Shown: positions 18,824 through 26,939, numbered from the stretch's first letter. The stretch: DNA of 64,000 bases from Burkholderiaceae bacterium (GCA_017983955.1 JAGOAJ010000008.1:24184-88183); one strand, 5' to 3'. The notes: generated by a model from the sequence alone, not told the origin. Numbers and translations: made by a program.

Positions 18824-19567
18824 TTACTGCATTCGGTAGCCACCGTTCACATCAATGACGGCGCCGGTAATATAAGAAGCATCCGGCCCCATCAGAAAGG
18901 CGACCGCCCCCGCAATGTCTGCTGTGGTACCTACTCGCTGCAAAGGAATGCTGCCTGTAACCGTGTGATAGTCCTTAGGGGCTAGCGACTGGTGCAACAT
19001 AGGTGCGTCGATTAGTCCGGGAGCTACGCAGTTGACCGTGATTCCCAAATGCGCAGACTCACGGGCCGCAGCCTTGATAAAGCCCAATACAGCCGATTTC
19101 GAGGCGATATAAGCAGAGCTGGAGCGGTAACCGCCTAGTTGCGCTGCAACCGAAGCGAAGCCTACAAAACGCCCATTTTCAATCTTGCGCTGAGTAGCCC
19201 CACGCAGATAGGCACGGGTTAGAAGAAAGGTGCCCGTAGAGTTAACGCGCTGGGTAAGCTCCCAGTCCTTCAGTTCCATCTCGGTAATCAAAGGACGCTC
19301 GCCATTAGCGGCAAACAAAAGGATGCCAGCTGCAGCCACCACATGGTCAATCTGATACTGCGCGAACAGCGCCTCGACAGCCGCCTCATCGGAAACGTCC
19401 AGCGCAACCGCCGCATGGCCCTGGCCGGAAATCCCAACCAGCGACTGAGCCGCCTTTTCAAGTGACAAGTCAGCGGCTAATATCTTGAATCCATCTGCCG
19501 CCAAGCGGCTTACAACAGCACTGCCAATACCACCACCGGCGCCCGTTACTAAACAAAAATCTACCAT
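18824..19567 (-). CDS. Short-chain dehydrogenase/reductase (SDR)
   Basis: It has CLVTGAGGGIGSAV and YIASKSA. I trimmed the start to ATG 19567 (MVDFCLVTG...); the track ORF begins 14 codons earlier. Confidence 0.88.
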   Translation of the reverse strand: MVDFCLVTGAGGGIGSAVVSRLAADGFKILAADLSLEKAAQSLVGISGQGHAAVALDVSDEAAVEALFAQYQIDHVVAAAGILLFAANGERPLITEMELKDWELTQRVNSTGTFLLTRAYLRGATQRKIENGRFVGFASVAAQLGGYRSSSAYIASKSAVLGFIKAAARESAHLGITVNCVAPGLIDAPMLHQSLAPKDYHTVTGSIPLQRVGTTADIAGAVAFLMGPDASYITGAVIDVNGGYRMQ

Positions 19568-19600
19568 CGTGGCTGAGCCTTTTTCAATCATTGCAAAAAA

Positions 19601-19618
19601 AATGTACACAATCTATAG
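19601..19618. promoter_or_regulatory. Candidate GntR-type operator AATGTACACAATCTATAG, upstream of the SDR-TRAP operon
   Basis: It has a TGTACA palindromic core about 35 bp upstream of the SDR start, in the region divergent from the GntR gene. It resembles the ATTGTATACTATCTAC 16-mer at 24426 and 29863 (11 of 15 positions match). Confidence 0.45.
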
Positions 19619-19726
19619 TTACGACAGCCTATATCCGCGTAATGGCGCACAATATAACAAGGAATGGATACATTCCAGCCAATTAAAACGACTCACTAGG
19701 GAAAACCATGAGCAAGGAGCGCGACA

Positions 19727-20431
19727 ATGACAGGTAGCCAAACAAGCGCAGAAGGCGCCGCGCAAAGATTACGCGAAGCCATACTATCGGGTGAATTCCA
19801 GCCGGGGGAAAAGCTGCATCAAGATCAAGTGGCGGAGATGCTTGGCGTGTCGCGCACTCCTTTGCGCACAGCCTTGTCGATGCTGGCGCAAACCGGCTTG
19901 GTTGTGTATGAAAGCAACAAGGGGTTTCGTGTCAGAGAACACTCGCCGTCCCATATTCGTCACGCGTTTGTGGTTCGCGCCGAACTGGAAGCGCTGGCTT
20001 GCAAGCTAGCGGCTGAAAATATGACAGAAGAACGAGCGCAAGCCTTGCACGAGCTTGTTGTAGAAGGCGATAGGCTTCTGGCTGGCGACACCTTGCTCCC
20101 CCAGCACCACGCCGACTACCGGCTCATGAACGTCGCTTTTCACGCCAATATTGTTGATTACTCTGGAAACCTTTGGCTACGGGAAATGATCGACCAAATT
20201 CATAACGTACCGTTGATCTCGGATCGCGTAATCATCTGGAAAAACCGCGACATCTTCATTCGCACCCACGACGATCATCACCGTATTGCCCGTGCCTTGG
20301 CCAGTCGCGATGGTCAGCGGGCCAGCGCCATCATGCGCGAGCACGTCAGCTTTTCTATCGAATACATGCTTAGCCAACTTAAGGAGTCGACTGACTCCAA
20401 CCCATCTGAAGTTCGCCATATTGGCATCTAA
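19727..20431 (+). CDS. GntR-family transcriptional regulator (FadR/FCD subfamily)
   Basis: 234 aa. It has the winged-helix sequence LHQDQVAEMLGVSRTPLRTALSMLAQTGLV and an all-helical FCD-like C-terminal domain. Confidence 0.9.
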   Translation: MTGSQTSAEGAAQRLREAILSGEFQPGEKLHQDQVAEMLGVSRTPLRTALSMLAQTGLVVYESNKGFRVREHSPSHIRHAFVVRAELEALACKLAAENMTEERAQALHELVVEGDRLLAGDTLLPQHHADYRLMNVAFHANIVDYSGNLWLREMIDQIHNVPLISDRVIIWKNRDIFIRTHDDHHRIARALASRDGQRASAIMREHVSFSIEYMLSQLKESTDSNPSEVRHIGI

Positions 20432-20476
20432 ATTAGACCAGCCTTACTTATTTCTGAATCCACAAGGAGGATCAAC

Positions 20477-21091
20477 ATGAAACTATTCCACTCACCCGCT
20501 TCACCATATGTACGCAAGGTCATGGTAGCGGCATGGGAACGAGGCGTCCAAGAGTCCATCGAAATTCTTGGTTCGGCCGCAGGCCCAGTGATACGTGACG
20601 AAACCATAGTCACCGTAAACTCGTCAGGCAAAGTTCCCTGCGCCATCCTGCCCGATGGCGCACCGCTTTTCGACAGTCGCGTGATTACCCAATATGTAGA
20701 CAGCCTGGCTAAGCCAGAGGGTTCAATTTATCCAGTTGAGCGCCGCTTTGAAATTTTGACCCTTGAAGCACTGGGCGAGTCCATTCTTGACGCCTGCCTA
20801 CTGTGCCGCTACGAAACAGCCATGCGCCCCAAAGAGCTTTATTGGGCCGACTGGTATAAAGGCCAGATGGCAAAAATAGATTCCGGGCTAGATGATCTGG
20901 AAGGGAAGTGGTTCGAATCACTAACCTCCGGTGACTTCCATGCAGGCGCCATCGCCGTAGCATGTACGCTTGGTTATCTTGACTTCCGCTTTGCTGACAA
21001 AGACTGGCGCAACACGCATCCCAAGCTGACCCAGTGGTTTGCCCAGGTATCCGAGCGCAAATCAATGAAAGAAACCTTCCCTGCAGGCTAA
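20477..21091 (+). CDS. Glutathione S-transferase family protein
   Basis: 204 aa. It has the N-terminal thioredoxin-like MKLFHSPASPYVRKV..., the sequence GKVPCAILPDG..LFDSRVITQYV, and a helical C-terminal domain. Confidence 0.85.
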   Translation: MKLFHSPASPYVRKVMVAAWERGVQESIEILGSAAGPVIRDETIVTVNSSGKVPCAILPDGAPLFDSRVITQYVDSLAKPEGSIYPVERRFEILTLEALGESILDACLLCRYETAMRPKELYWADWYKGQMAKIDSGLDDLEGKWFESLTSGDFHAGAIAVACTLGYLDFRFADKDWRNTHPKLTQWFAQVSERKSMKETFPAG

Positions 21092-21257
21092 CTAGTTTAG
21101 TTATTATTACCTGGCCGTACACAAAGGCTTTATCCACAGTACGGTCAGGAAATTAGCACAAATAAGACTTGTAGCCAGTCTTACCGCGTCTTTACAATCA
21201 ATTTATGGATATAGACGATAAATACCTCCGTAAGCTCAAAACGTGGAGACTGATCAA

Positions 21258-22313
21258 ATGACGCGCTATGTGGATGTTAGTCAGATGAGTGCCATGATCC
21301 GGGACATTGGCCCGGAAAACATGATAGAGGCCATCGCTCGCTACATCAAGGAAGACTACCTTAGGTGGGACGACTTCGATAAAACAGCCCGCGTCGCTAC
21401 CCATTCCAAGTTAGGCGTCATTGAACTGATGCCTATCGCCGACAACCGGCTTTACGCATTCAAATACGTTAACGGTCACCCTGCAAATACACGCCAGGGC
21501 AAACTCACGGTCATGGCATTTGGCGTACTGGCCGATGTGGCCACAGGCTATCCCTTGCTGCTAAGCGAAATGACCATAGCTACTGCGCTGCGCACTGCCG
21601 CCATGTCGGCGCTGGCAGCCCGTACGCTGGCCAGGCCGAACTCGCAATCCATGGCCATCATAGGCAACGGCGCCCAAAGCGAATTCCAGGTATTGGGATT
21701 CTACAAACTTCTGGGAATCCGGGAGTTCCTCGCCTACGACATTGACAGCGCAGCGACCCAACGCCTGATCCACAATCTTGAGCACTACGCCGACATTAGC
21801 ATTACAGCCCCATCATCAGTCGCCCAGGCTGTCCAGGGCGCAGATATTGTCACTACCATCACCGCCGACAAAACCTTTGCCACCGTCTTGACACCCGACC
21901 TGATCGTTCCAGGCGTGCACATCAACGCCGTAGGCGGTGATTGTCCGGGCAAAACAGAGCTACACAGCCAGATATTGCTAGAAGGCAAGGTGTTCGTCGA
22001 ATACGCAAAACAAAGCCGTATAGAAGGGGAAATACAACGCCTGCCTGACGACTTCCCTGTTACCGAGTTCTGGGAGGTTCTGTCCCATTCCAAGGCGGGT
22101 AGAACCAGCCCCGACGAGGTTACCATCTTCGACTCAGTCGGATTCGCCCTGGAGGACTACTCGACGCTGCGCTACCTGTACGACCTGGTTGCAGCTACCG
22201 ATAGTGACACCCTGAACTTGATCCCTACACTGCCAGACCCCAAGAATTTATTCGGTGCAGCGATGGACTTGGCCGCACCGGCCGCCGTACTAGCAACGGG
22301 TGCATTCACATGA
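21258..22313 (+). CDS. ocd: Ornithine cyclodeaminase / mu-crystallin family
   Basis: It has LMPIAD...YAFKYVNGHP.N, TALRTAAMSALAA, the Rossmann sequence MAIIGNGAQSEFQ, and HINAVGGDCPGKTEL. I chose the ATG at 21258, which has a GGAG 9 nt upstream; the track start at 21243 is a GTG. Confidence 0.88.
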   Translation: MTRYVDVSQMSAMIRDIGPENMIEAIARYIKEDYLRWDDFDKTARVATHSKLGVIELMPIADNRLYAFKYVNGHPANTRQGKLTVMAFGVLADVATGYPLLLSEMTIATALRTAAMSALAARTLARPNSQSMAIIGNGAQSEFQVLGFYKLLGIREFLAYDIDSAATQRLIHNLEHYADISITAPSSVAQAVQGADIVTTITADKTFATVLTPDLIVPGVHINAVGGDCPGKTELHSQILLEGKVFVEYAKQSRIEGEIQRLPDDFPVTEFWEVLSHSKAGRTSPDEVTIFDSVGFALEDYSTLRYLYDLVAATDSDTLNLIPTLPDPKNLFGAAMDLAAPAAVLATGAFT

Positions 22314-23257
22314 CCACGCCCCTCCCCTTGGTCCACCACACCGGCGTCACGTTACTGGGGGCGCCAACCGATGTTGGTGCTGGTGTTCAAGGTAGCGCCT
22401 TGGCGCCACATGCCTTGCGGCTAGCTGGCCTAGCTAGCCGGTTGGCGCAAGCTGGCGTAAACGTGGTTGATAGGGGCGACCTGCAAGGTCCCGATAGACC
22501 ACCGGACCTAGATCAAGCCCAAGTAGGGCCGCCGCTACACCATTTGAATCAAGTCATAGCGTGGAACCAAACCGTACATGACGCCGTACTGGCTGAGCTG
22601 CAACAAGATCGCCTGCCCGTGCTGCTGGGCGGCGATCATAGCTTAGCTATAGGCTCAATTAGCGCCGTTGCCCGCTATTGTCGGCAACAGGGTAAGGCAT
22701 TGCGGGTAATCTGGCTGGATGCACATGCCGACTTCAACACTGCCGCCTCCAGTCCCAGCGGCAATATTCACGGTATGCCGGTCGCCTGCTTATGCGGCGA
22801 AGGGCCACAAGGGCTAACCACTCTGGCAGGCGTGAGCCCGGCGCTTACGCCCGATCAAGTCACCCAATTAGGTGTGCGTAGCGTCGATGCCACAGAAGCC
22901 CTGCGTATTCTGGCCAGAGGCCTGAAGATCTACAGCATGGCAGACATTCGGGCGCAGGGAATAGCAAAAGTGATGGAGCTGGCGTTGGCTGGAATAGACG
23001 CCAATACCCACCTACACGTCAGTTTTGATGTCGACTTTCTGGACCCATTACTGGCGCCGGGCGTAGGCACCCCAGCAGCACAGGGCCCAACGCTAGCGCA
23101 ATCCCTGTACTGCATCGATAGGCTAGCCGCCTGCGCGGGCTTGGGGTCCGTGGATGTTGTAGAGCTTAATCCTCGCACTGATAAGGGAACACGCACAACG
23201 GAGCTGGTAGCCACGCTGTTGACTCGGCTGTTGAACCAAAAGCCGCGTCAACAATAA
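22310..23257 (+). CDS. rocF: Arginase (ureohydrolase family)
   Basis: 315 aa with the Mn-ligand motifs GGDHSLAIGS, WLDAHADFNT and SFDVDFLDP. The start overlaps the ocd stop (ATGA). Confidence 0.92.
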   Translation: MTTPLPLVHHTGVTLLGAPTDVGAGVQGSALAPHALRLAGLASRLAQAGVNVVDRGDLQGPDRPPDLDQAQVGPPLHHLNQVIAWNQTVHDAVLAELQQDRLPVLLGGDHSLAIGSISAVARYCRQQGKALRVIWLDAHADFNTAASSPSGNIHGMPVACLCGEGPQGLTTLAGVSPALTPDQVTQLGVRSVDATEALRILARGLKIYSMADIRAQGIAKVMELALAGIDANTHLHVSFDVDFLDPLLAPGVGTPAAQGPTLAQSLYCIDRLAACAGLGSVDVVELNPRTDKGTRTTELVATLLTRLLNQKPRQQ

Positions 23258-23383
23258 TCACGGGATAGGAAGCCCTTTTTCTGCGGCGATCAAACGGTAG
23301 GCATGGCCCGACAAGCAGTGATTGCTCGCGCCATTCCATCACCACCGTCTTGGCCTTGGCAAGCGCGTCGTTATGCAGCCAAG

Positions 23384-23662
23384 CTACCAGGAAACCTTGA
23401 TGTCGCCATTGACGAAGGTTTGGCAGGCCATGCGATAGCCATTGTCAAAGTCTTCGGGCTTCAAGTGCTTACGCTCCTTCGGCTTGATGGCATCGGTATT
23501 TTCCACCCCCTCTTCGATACGACATTTACAAGTGCCACAAAGACCGCCGCCGCATTTGAATGGAATACCGCCTTTTTCCCTAAGCGACACACGCAACAGA
23601 TTGCTGTTTTCGGGTGCAGTGACAGCCAACCCGCCGTTGCTGATAAAAGTAATCTGAACCAT
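23384..23662 (-). CDS. Stand-alone plant-type [2Fe-2S] ferredoxin
   Basis: It has the cluster motif C-x4-C-x2-C (KCGGGLCGTCKC) plus a distal MACQ. I trimmed the start to ATG 23662 (MVQITFISNGG...) so it no longer overlaps the upstream gene, whose stop is at 23671. Confidence 0.85.
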   Translation of the reverse strand: MVQITFISNGGLAVTAPENSNLLRVSLREKGGIPFKCGGGLCGTCKCRIEEGVENTDAIKPKERKHLKPEDFDNGYRMACQTFVNGDIKVSW

Positions 23663-23670
23663 AAGTGACA

Positions 23671-23985
23671 CTATCCTGCTACTTGTGCATTCGAGCATGG
23701 CACCAACGAGGCGTCCATGCTTCCAAATGATGTTAAATAGTTGAGTTCCTTGCGGGCATCCTCGAGCGAGGCAAATTTTTCCAGAAATTTGGATGGCACA
23801 TCGTTGACGACATACGGTGGCTCGTCTTCAACCACCCGCACTTTCGTTTCACCGTCCAAGATGGCTATCTGAAAAACCGCTTTGATTTTGCCGTAAAAGT
23901 GGTATTCATAAGACTCGACAACGCTTAGCGCGGCTGCCAGTTCTGTATGAAATTTTCCTGGTTTGCTCGTTAATATCACGTACAT
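23671..23985 (-). CDS. Small hypothetical protein (104 aa), no recognisable cofactor motif
   Basis: The ORF is tightly packed between two ferredoxin genes. It has a single Cys near the C-terminus and no family that I recognise. Confidence 0.55.
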   Translation of the reverse strand: MYVILTSKPGKFHTELAAALSVVESYEYHFYGKIKAVFQIAILDGETKVRVVEDEPPYVVNDVPSKFLEKFASLEDARKELNYLTSFGSMDASLVPCSNAQVAG

Positions 23986-24026
23986 AAATAACCTCGTCCG
24001 TATCTGGCGAAAGTAAGCTTGCGCAA

Positions 24027-24323
24027 TCAGCCCACATCCTGCGTCAGTTCAATATCATGTGTCAGCCATAGCTGGCACGCCAGGCGATAGCCTTCGTCGA
24101 TGCGCTCGCCCAGTTGTTTCTTTTCCTTCCAATTCACTGGGGGAAGGTTTTCAGCGCCGGCAATAATGCGACATGCGCACTTGGCGCACTTGCCCATGCC
24201 GCACTCGTACTTCAAGTGCGGAAAAGGGAACTGTTTGATGCCTGCCCGTACTACGAGATTGGTGTTGTCTTTCACTTCTCCCGTGAACTTCTGGCCAGCC
24301 TGATGAAAAACGACAATTGGCAT
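24027..24323 (-). CDS. Stand-alone plant-type [2Fe-2S] ferredoxin
   Basis: 98 aa with ECGMGKCAKCAC (C-x4-C-x2-C) plus a distal LACQ. Confidence 0.85.
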   Translation of the reverse strand: MPIVVFHQAGQKFTGEVKDNTNLVVRAGIKQFPFPHLKYECGMGKCAKCACRIIAGAENLPPVNWKEKKQLGERIDEGYRLACQLWLTHDIELTQDVG

Positions 24324-24416
24324 AAAAATGACTCGCTACATAAATCAGTAAATAACGGCTCCCCACTGGGGCTATCACCACATCGATGAATGAATGTCTG
24401 GGCACTCTTATCGATA

Positions 24417-24470
24417 CATATGTAGATTGTATACTATCTACATATGATGTCTCTAAGGGAATATACCCAG
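24417..24470. promoter_or_regulatory. Operator region: a 30-bp perfect palindrome CATATGTAGA-TTGTATACTA-TCTACATATG followed by the box CTAAGGGAATATACCCAG
   Basis: I read this directly. The 10-bp arms are exact reverse complements and the spacer contains the GTATAC palindrome. It lies ~95-120 bp upstream of the ferredoxin operon start (24323). Confidence 0.55.
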
Positions 24471-24507
24471 AGAGCGCCCTAAAGGCGCGCTCTTTTGACG
24501 CGAATCG

Positions 24508-25476
24508 TCAGTCCGTCCGACGCGCAAACCGGGATGCCAGCACCGAACAAAGCATGAGTTGAATTTGGTGAAATATCATTAACGGTAAAACCACCATGCC
24601 CACGCCCCCACCTGCAAAAATGACTTGCGCCATGGGTACGCCAGTTGCCAGGCTTTTCTTGGAGCCGCAAAAAAGCGCAGTGATCTGATCCGCCTTGTCG
24701 AACTTCATGACTTTGCCGACCAGCACCGACCACAGCAGGATCAGCAACAGAACAACCAGGCTGCAAACTACCAGGCCAAGTATGGCCGTCAACGAGGTAG
24801 AGGACCACAGACCTTCATTGATGGCCTGCGAAAAGGCAACATATACCACCAATATGATAGAGCCCTGATCGACAAACTTAAGTATTGCCTTGTGCCGGGT
24901 GACCCACGCCCCTATCCAGCGCCGGGCAAATTGCCCAAGCACAAACGGCAGCAGCAACTGCAGCATTATCTTGCCGATCACATCATAAGAAATCGGTGCT
25001 GTGGCGGAACTGGCAATCACCAATCCCACCAAAAGTGGCGTTATAAAGATGCCCAGCAAGCTTGACGATGCCGCGCTGCACACAGCAGCGGGCAAGTTGC
25101 CCCGCGCAATCGAGGTCAGCGCAATGGCGGACTGAACCGTGGCGGGCAGACAGCACAAAAAGAGCACACCCGTGTAAAGCTGCGCGCCGACCAAGGGTTC
25201 CAGCACGGGCCGCAACGCCAGCCCCAAAAGCGGAAACACCAAAAATGTCGTGCTGAAGATGGTCAGATGCAAGCGCCAGTGCGTGACTCCCGCGACGATG
25301 GCCTGGCTTGAAAGACGTGCCCCATGCAGGAAAAAAAGCAAGGCAATGGCAATGTTAGTCGCCCATCCTAAACCATGAAGGACGAGTCCCTGCGCGGGCA
25401 AAAGGCTGGCTAAGCCCACTGCAATTAACAGATATAGAACGAAACGGTCGGGCAGCAAACGCGTGATGACGGACAT
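24508..25476 (-). CDS. yfeH: Bile acid:Na+ symporter (BASS) family transporter, YfeH-like
   Basis: 322 aa. Long blocks match my recollection of E. coli YfeH: LLFF.HGA.LS..AI.AG..HWRLHL, LPATVQSAIA.TS.A.GN..AAVCSA..SSLLGIF..PLLVGLV, GKIMLQLLLPFVLG, FCGSKKSLA.G.PMA and VLPLMIFHQIQLM.C.VLA.R. Confidence 0.9.
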   Translation of the reverse strand: MSVITRLLPDRFVLYLLIAVGLASLLPAQGLVLHGLGWATNIAIALLFFLHGARLSSQAIVAGVTHWRLHLTIFSTTFLVFPLLGLALRPVLEPLVGAQLYTGVLFLCCLPATVQSAIALTSIARGNLPAAVCSAASSSLLGIFITPLLVGLVIASSATAPISYDVIGKIMLQLLLPFVLGQFARRWIGAWVTRHKAILKFVDQGSIILVVYVAFSQAINEGLWSSTSLTAILGLVVCSLVVLLLILLWSVLVGKVMKFDKADQITALFCGSKKSLATGVPMAQVIFAGGGVGMVVLPLMIFHQIQLMLCSVLASRFARRTD

Positions 25477-25575
25477 GAATAGAGTGCAACTTTAAAGAGG
25501 CTGCAGAACGGTGCCTGTAACCCTTGAGGTGAGATAGGCAGACGTAAGCCACCGAAGCCCTTGATCCGTAAGGCG

Positions 25576-25594
25576 AAAAACGGTATACTTAAAT
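25576..25594. promoter_or_regulatory. GTATAC-box upstream of yfeH-like gene (reverse complement ATTTAAGTATACCGTTTTT)
   Basis: It lies ~105 bp upstream of the 25476 start. It shares GTATACCGTTT with the box at 33228-33247. Confidence 0.4.
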
Positions 25595-25847
25595 TCGTCA
25601 ACAAATACAATAGGTGTAAACCATGAATAAGGATTTAGCTCGTTATTTAAGCGCCCCCGTCGGTGAGCAGTTGCTTAAGCATTTCGAAAATCGCGCAGAA
25701 CTGCGTCGCACGATCCCTTTGTTTCCATTTTCATTTTCCAAGCTGTTTGCTCGTAAGTCGCATACAGACAAAGCTCGTACGCACAAGACGTCACATACGG
25801 TGTGTCACCACCACTGAACTGCTGTATACATTGGCGCATAACTAGTC

Positions 25848-26864
25848 TTACGCAGCCGCTTCAGTCTGGTACTGAAACGTGAAGCTGTCGGCATACATAT
25901 AGTCCAGGTCGGCGCCATGCTGGGCGAATAGCGACTTGGCATCGCCAATCATGTTTGGCGAGCCACAAAGGTAAATGGCGTGCTCAGACAAGTCATTGAA
26001 ATCTTGAGCCACCGCCTGCTGCACATGACCGCGGCGGCCTTGCCACTGCGGTCCGCCTTTTGACAGCACCGGCACAAAGTTGAATTCGTACAGACGATTT
26101 TTCCAGGATTCGATTTCGTCGCGCAAGTAAAGCTCTTCCTCGGTGCGCATGCCCCAATACAAAGACACTGGCGGGCAATCATCATTGTCCAGTAGCGATT
26201 CCAGTATGGCTTTGATGGGCGCCAATCCAGTGCCGTTAGCTACCATCACCAGAGGGCGCCAGTCGTCTTCGTGATAACAAAACGTACCTAGCGGCATTTC
26301 AATATTCAGAGCCGACCCTGCTGGCAAGGCCGTTAACAGCTGCTGGGTGAAGTGACCACCGGGTATCTGGCGTACGTGAAAATCAACTAAATTTCCGTTG
26401 ACTGCCGAAGAGGCCATGGAAAAACTGCGCGATGTACCATCATCCAGCAAAATATTCATGTATTGCCCTGGACGGTAGTCCAGCGGCGTATCGGCTGGGA
26501 GCTCTAGCGTCAAATGAACAATGTCGGCCGACAACGGTTGAACAGCGCTTAACCTAGCGCCCACACGCAATGGTTCGGCAAATGTCGGGCCTTTTTTCGC
26601 TGCGCTAAGCGTAACGTCTGAAACCGGTCGGGCTTGACAGGCCAACGCATAACCCTGGGCCGCCTCTTCTTCGGTAAGCGCCATCGGAAACTCGTCGTAG
26701 CGCACTGACCCGGCTTCTAGCTTTATTCGGCATGTGCCGCAACCGCCAAACTGGCACTCATGCGCCATCTTGACGTTGGCACGCAATGCCCCGTCCAGAA
26801 TAGACTCATCTTCATTGACCTCGAAGGCCTCGTCAGTTCCCAAAACATGAACACGATAAGACAT
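25848..26864 (-). CDS. Ferredoxin-NAD(P)+ reductase with N-terminal plant-type [2Fe-2S] domain (oxygenase-reductase type)
   Basis: It has ECQFGGCGTCRIK...ALACQ for the 2Fe-2S cluster, RSFSMAS for FAD binding, and MVANGTGLAPIKAIL for NAD(P)H binding. I trimmed the start to ATG 26864 (MSYRVHVLG), which has a GAAGG SD; the longer track ORF would run through a terminator hairpin. Confidence 0.9.
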   Translation of the reverse strand: MSYRVHVLGTDEAFEVNEDESILDGALRANVKMAHECQFGGCGTCRIKLEAGSVRYDEFPMALTEEEAAQGYALACQARPVSDVTLSAAKKGPTFAEPLRVGARLSAVQPLSADIVHLTLELPADTPLDYRPGQYMNILLDDGTSRSFSMASSAVNGNLVDFHVRQIPGGHFTQQLLTALPAGSALNIEMPLGTFCYHEDDWRPLVMVANGTGLAPIKAILESLLDNDDCPPVSLYWGMRTEEELYLRDEIESWKNRLYEFNFVPVLSKGGPQWQGRRGHVQQAVAQDFNDLSEHAIYLCGSPNMIGDAKSLFAQHGADLDYMYADSFTFQYQTEAAA

Positions 26865-26890
26865 ACCTTCACTCCGACAGTTTTTTGCGG

Positions 26891-26923
26891 AAAAAAAAGG
26901 GCGCATAACTACTGAATGCGCCC
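26891..26923 (-). terminator. Rho-independent terminator after glcG-like gene (stem GGGCGCAT/ATGCGCCC, then T8 on the minus strand)
   Basis: The minus-strand sequence reads GGGCGCATTCAGTAGTTATGCGCCC followed by TTTTTTTT. It is located between the glcG stop (26940) and the reductase start (26864). Confidence 0.7.
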
Positions 26924-26939
26924 CTTTTCACCCTAAGTT

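Noticed and set aside
21110-21149. An 11-bp-stem hairpin (CCTGGCCGTAC...GTACGGTCAGG) after the GST gene as an intrinsic terminator
   Set aside because: It has an 18-nt loop and no following U-tract. It could still be a REP-like element or a protein-binding site, but the evidence is too weak for a terminator call.
23303-23668. A 121-aa plus-strand ORF
   Set aside because: It is antisense to the [2Fe-2S] ferredoxin gene, whose Cys motif clearly identifies the true coding strand.
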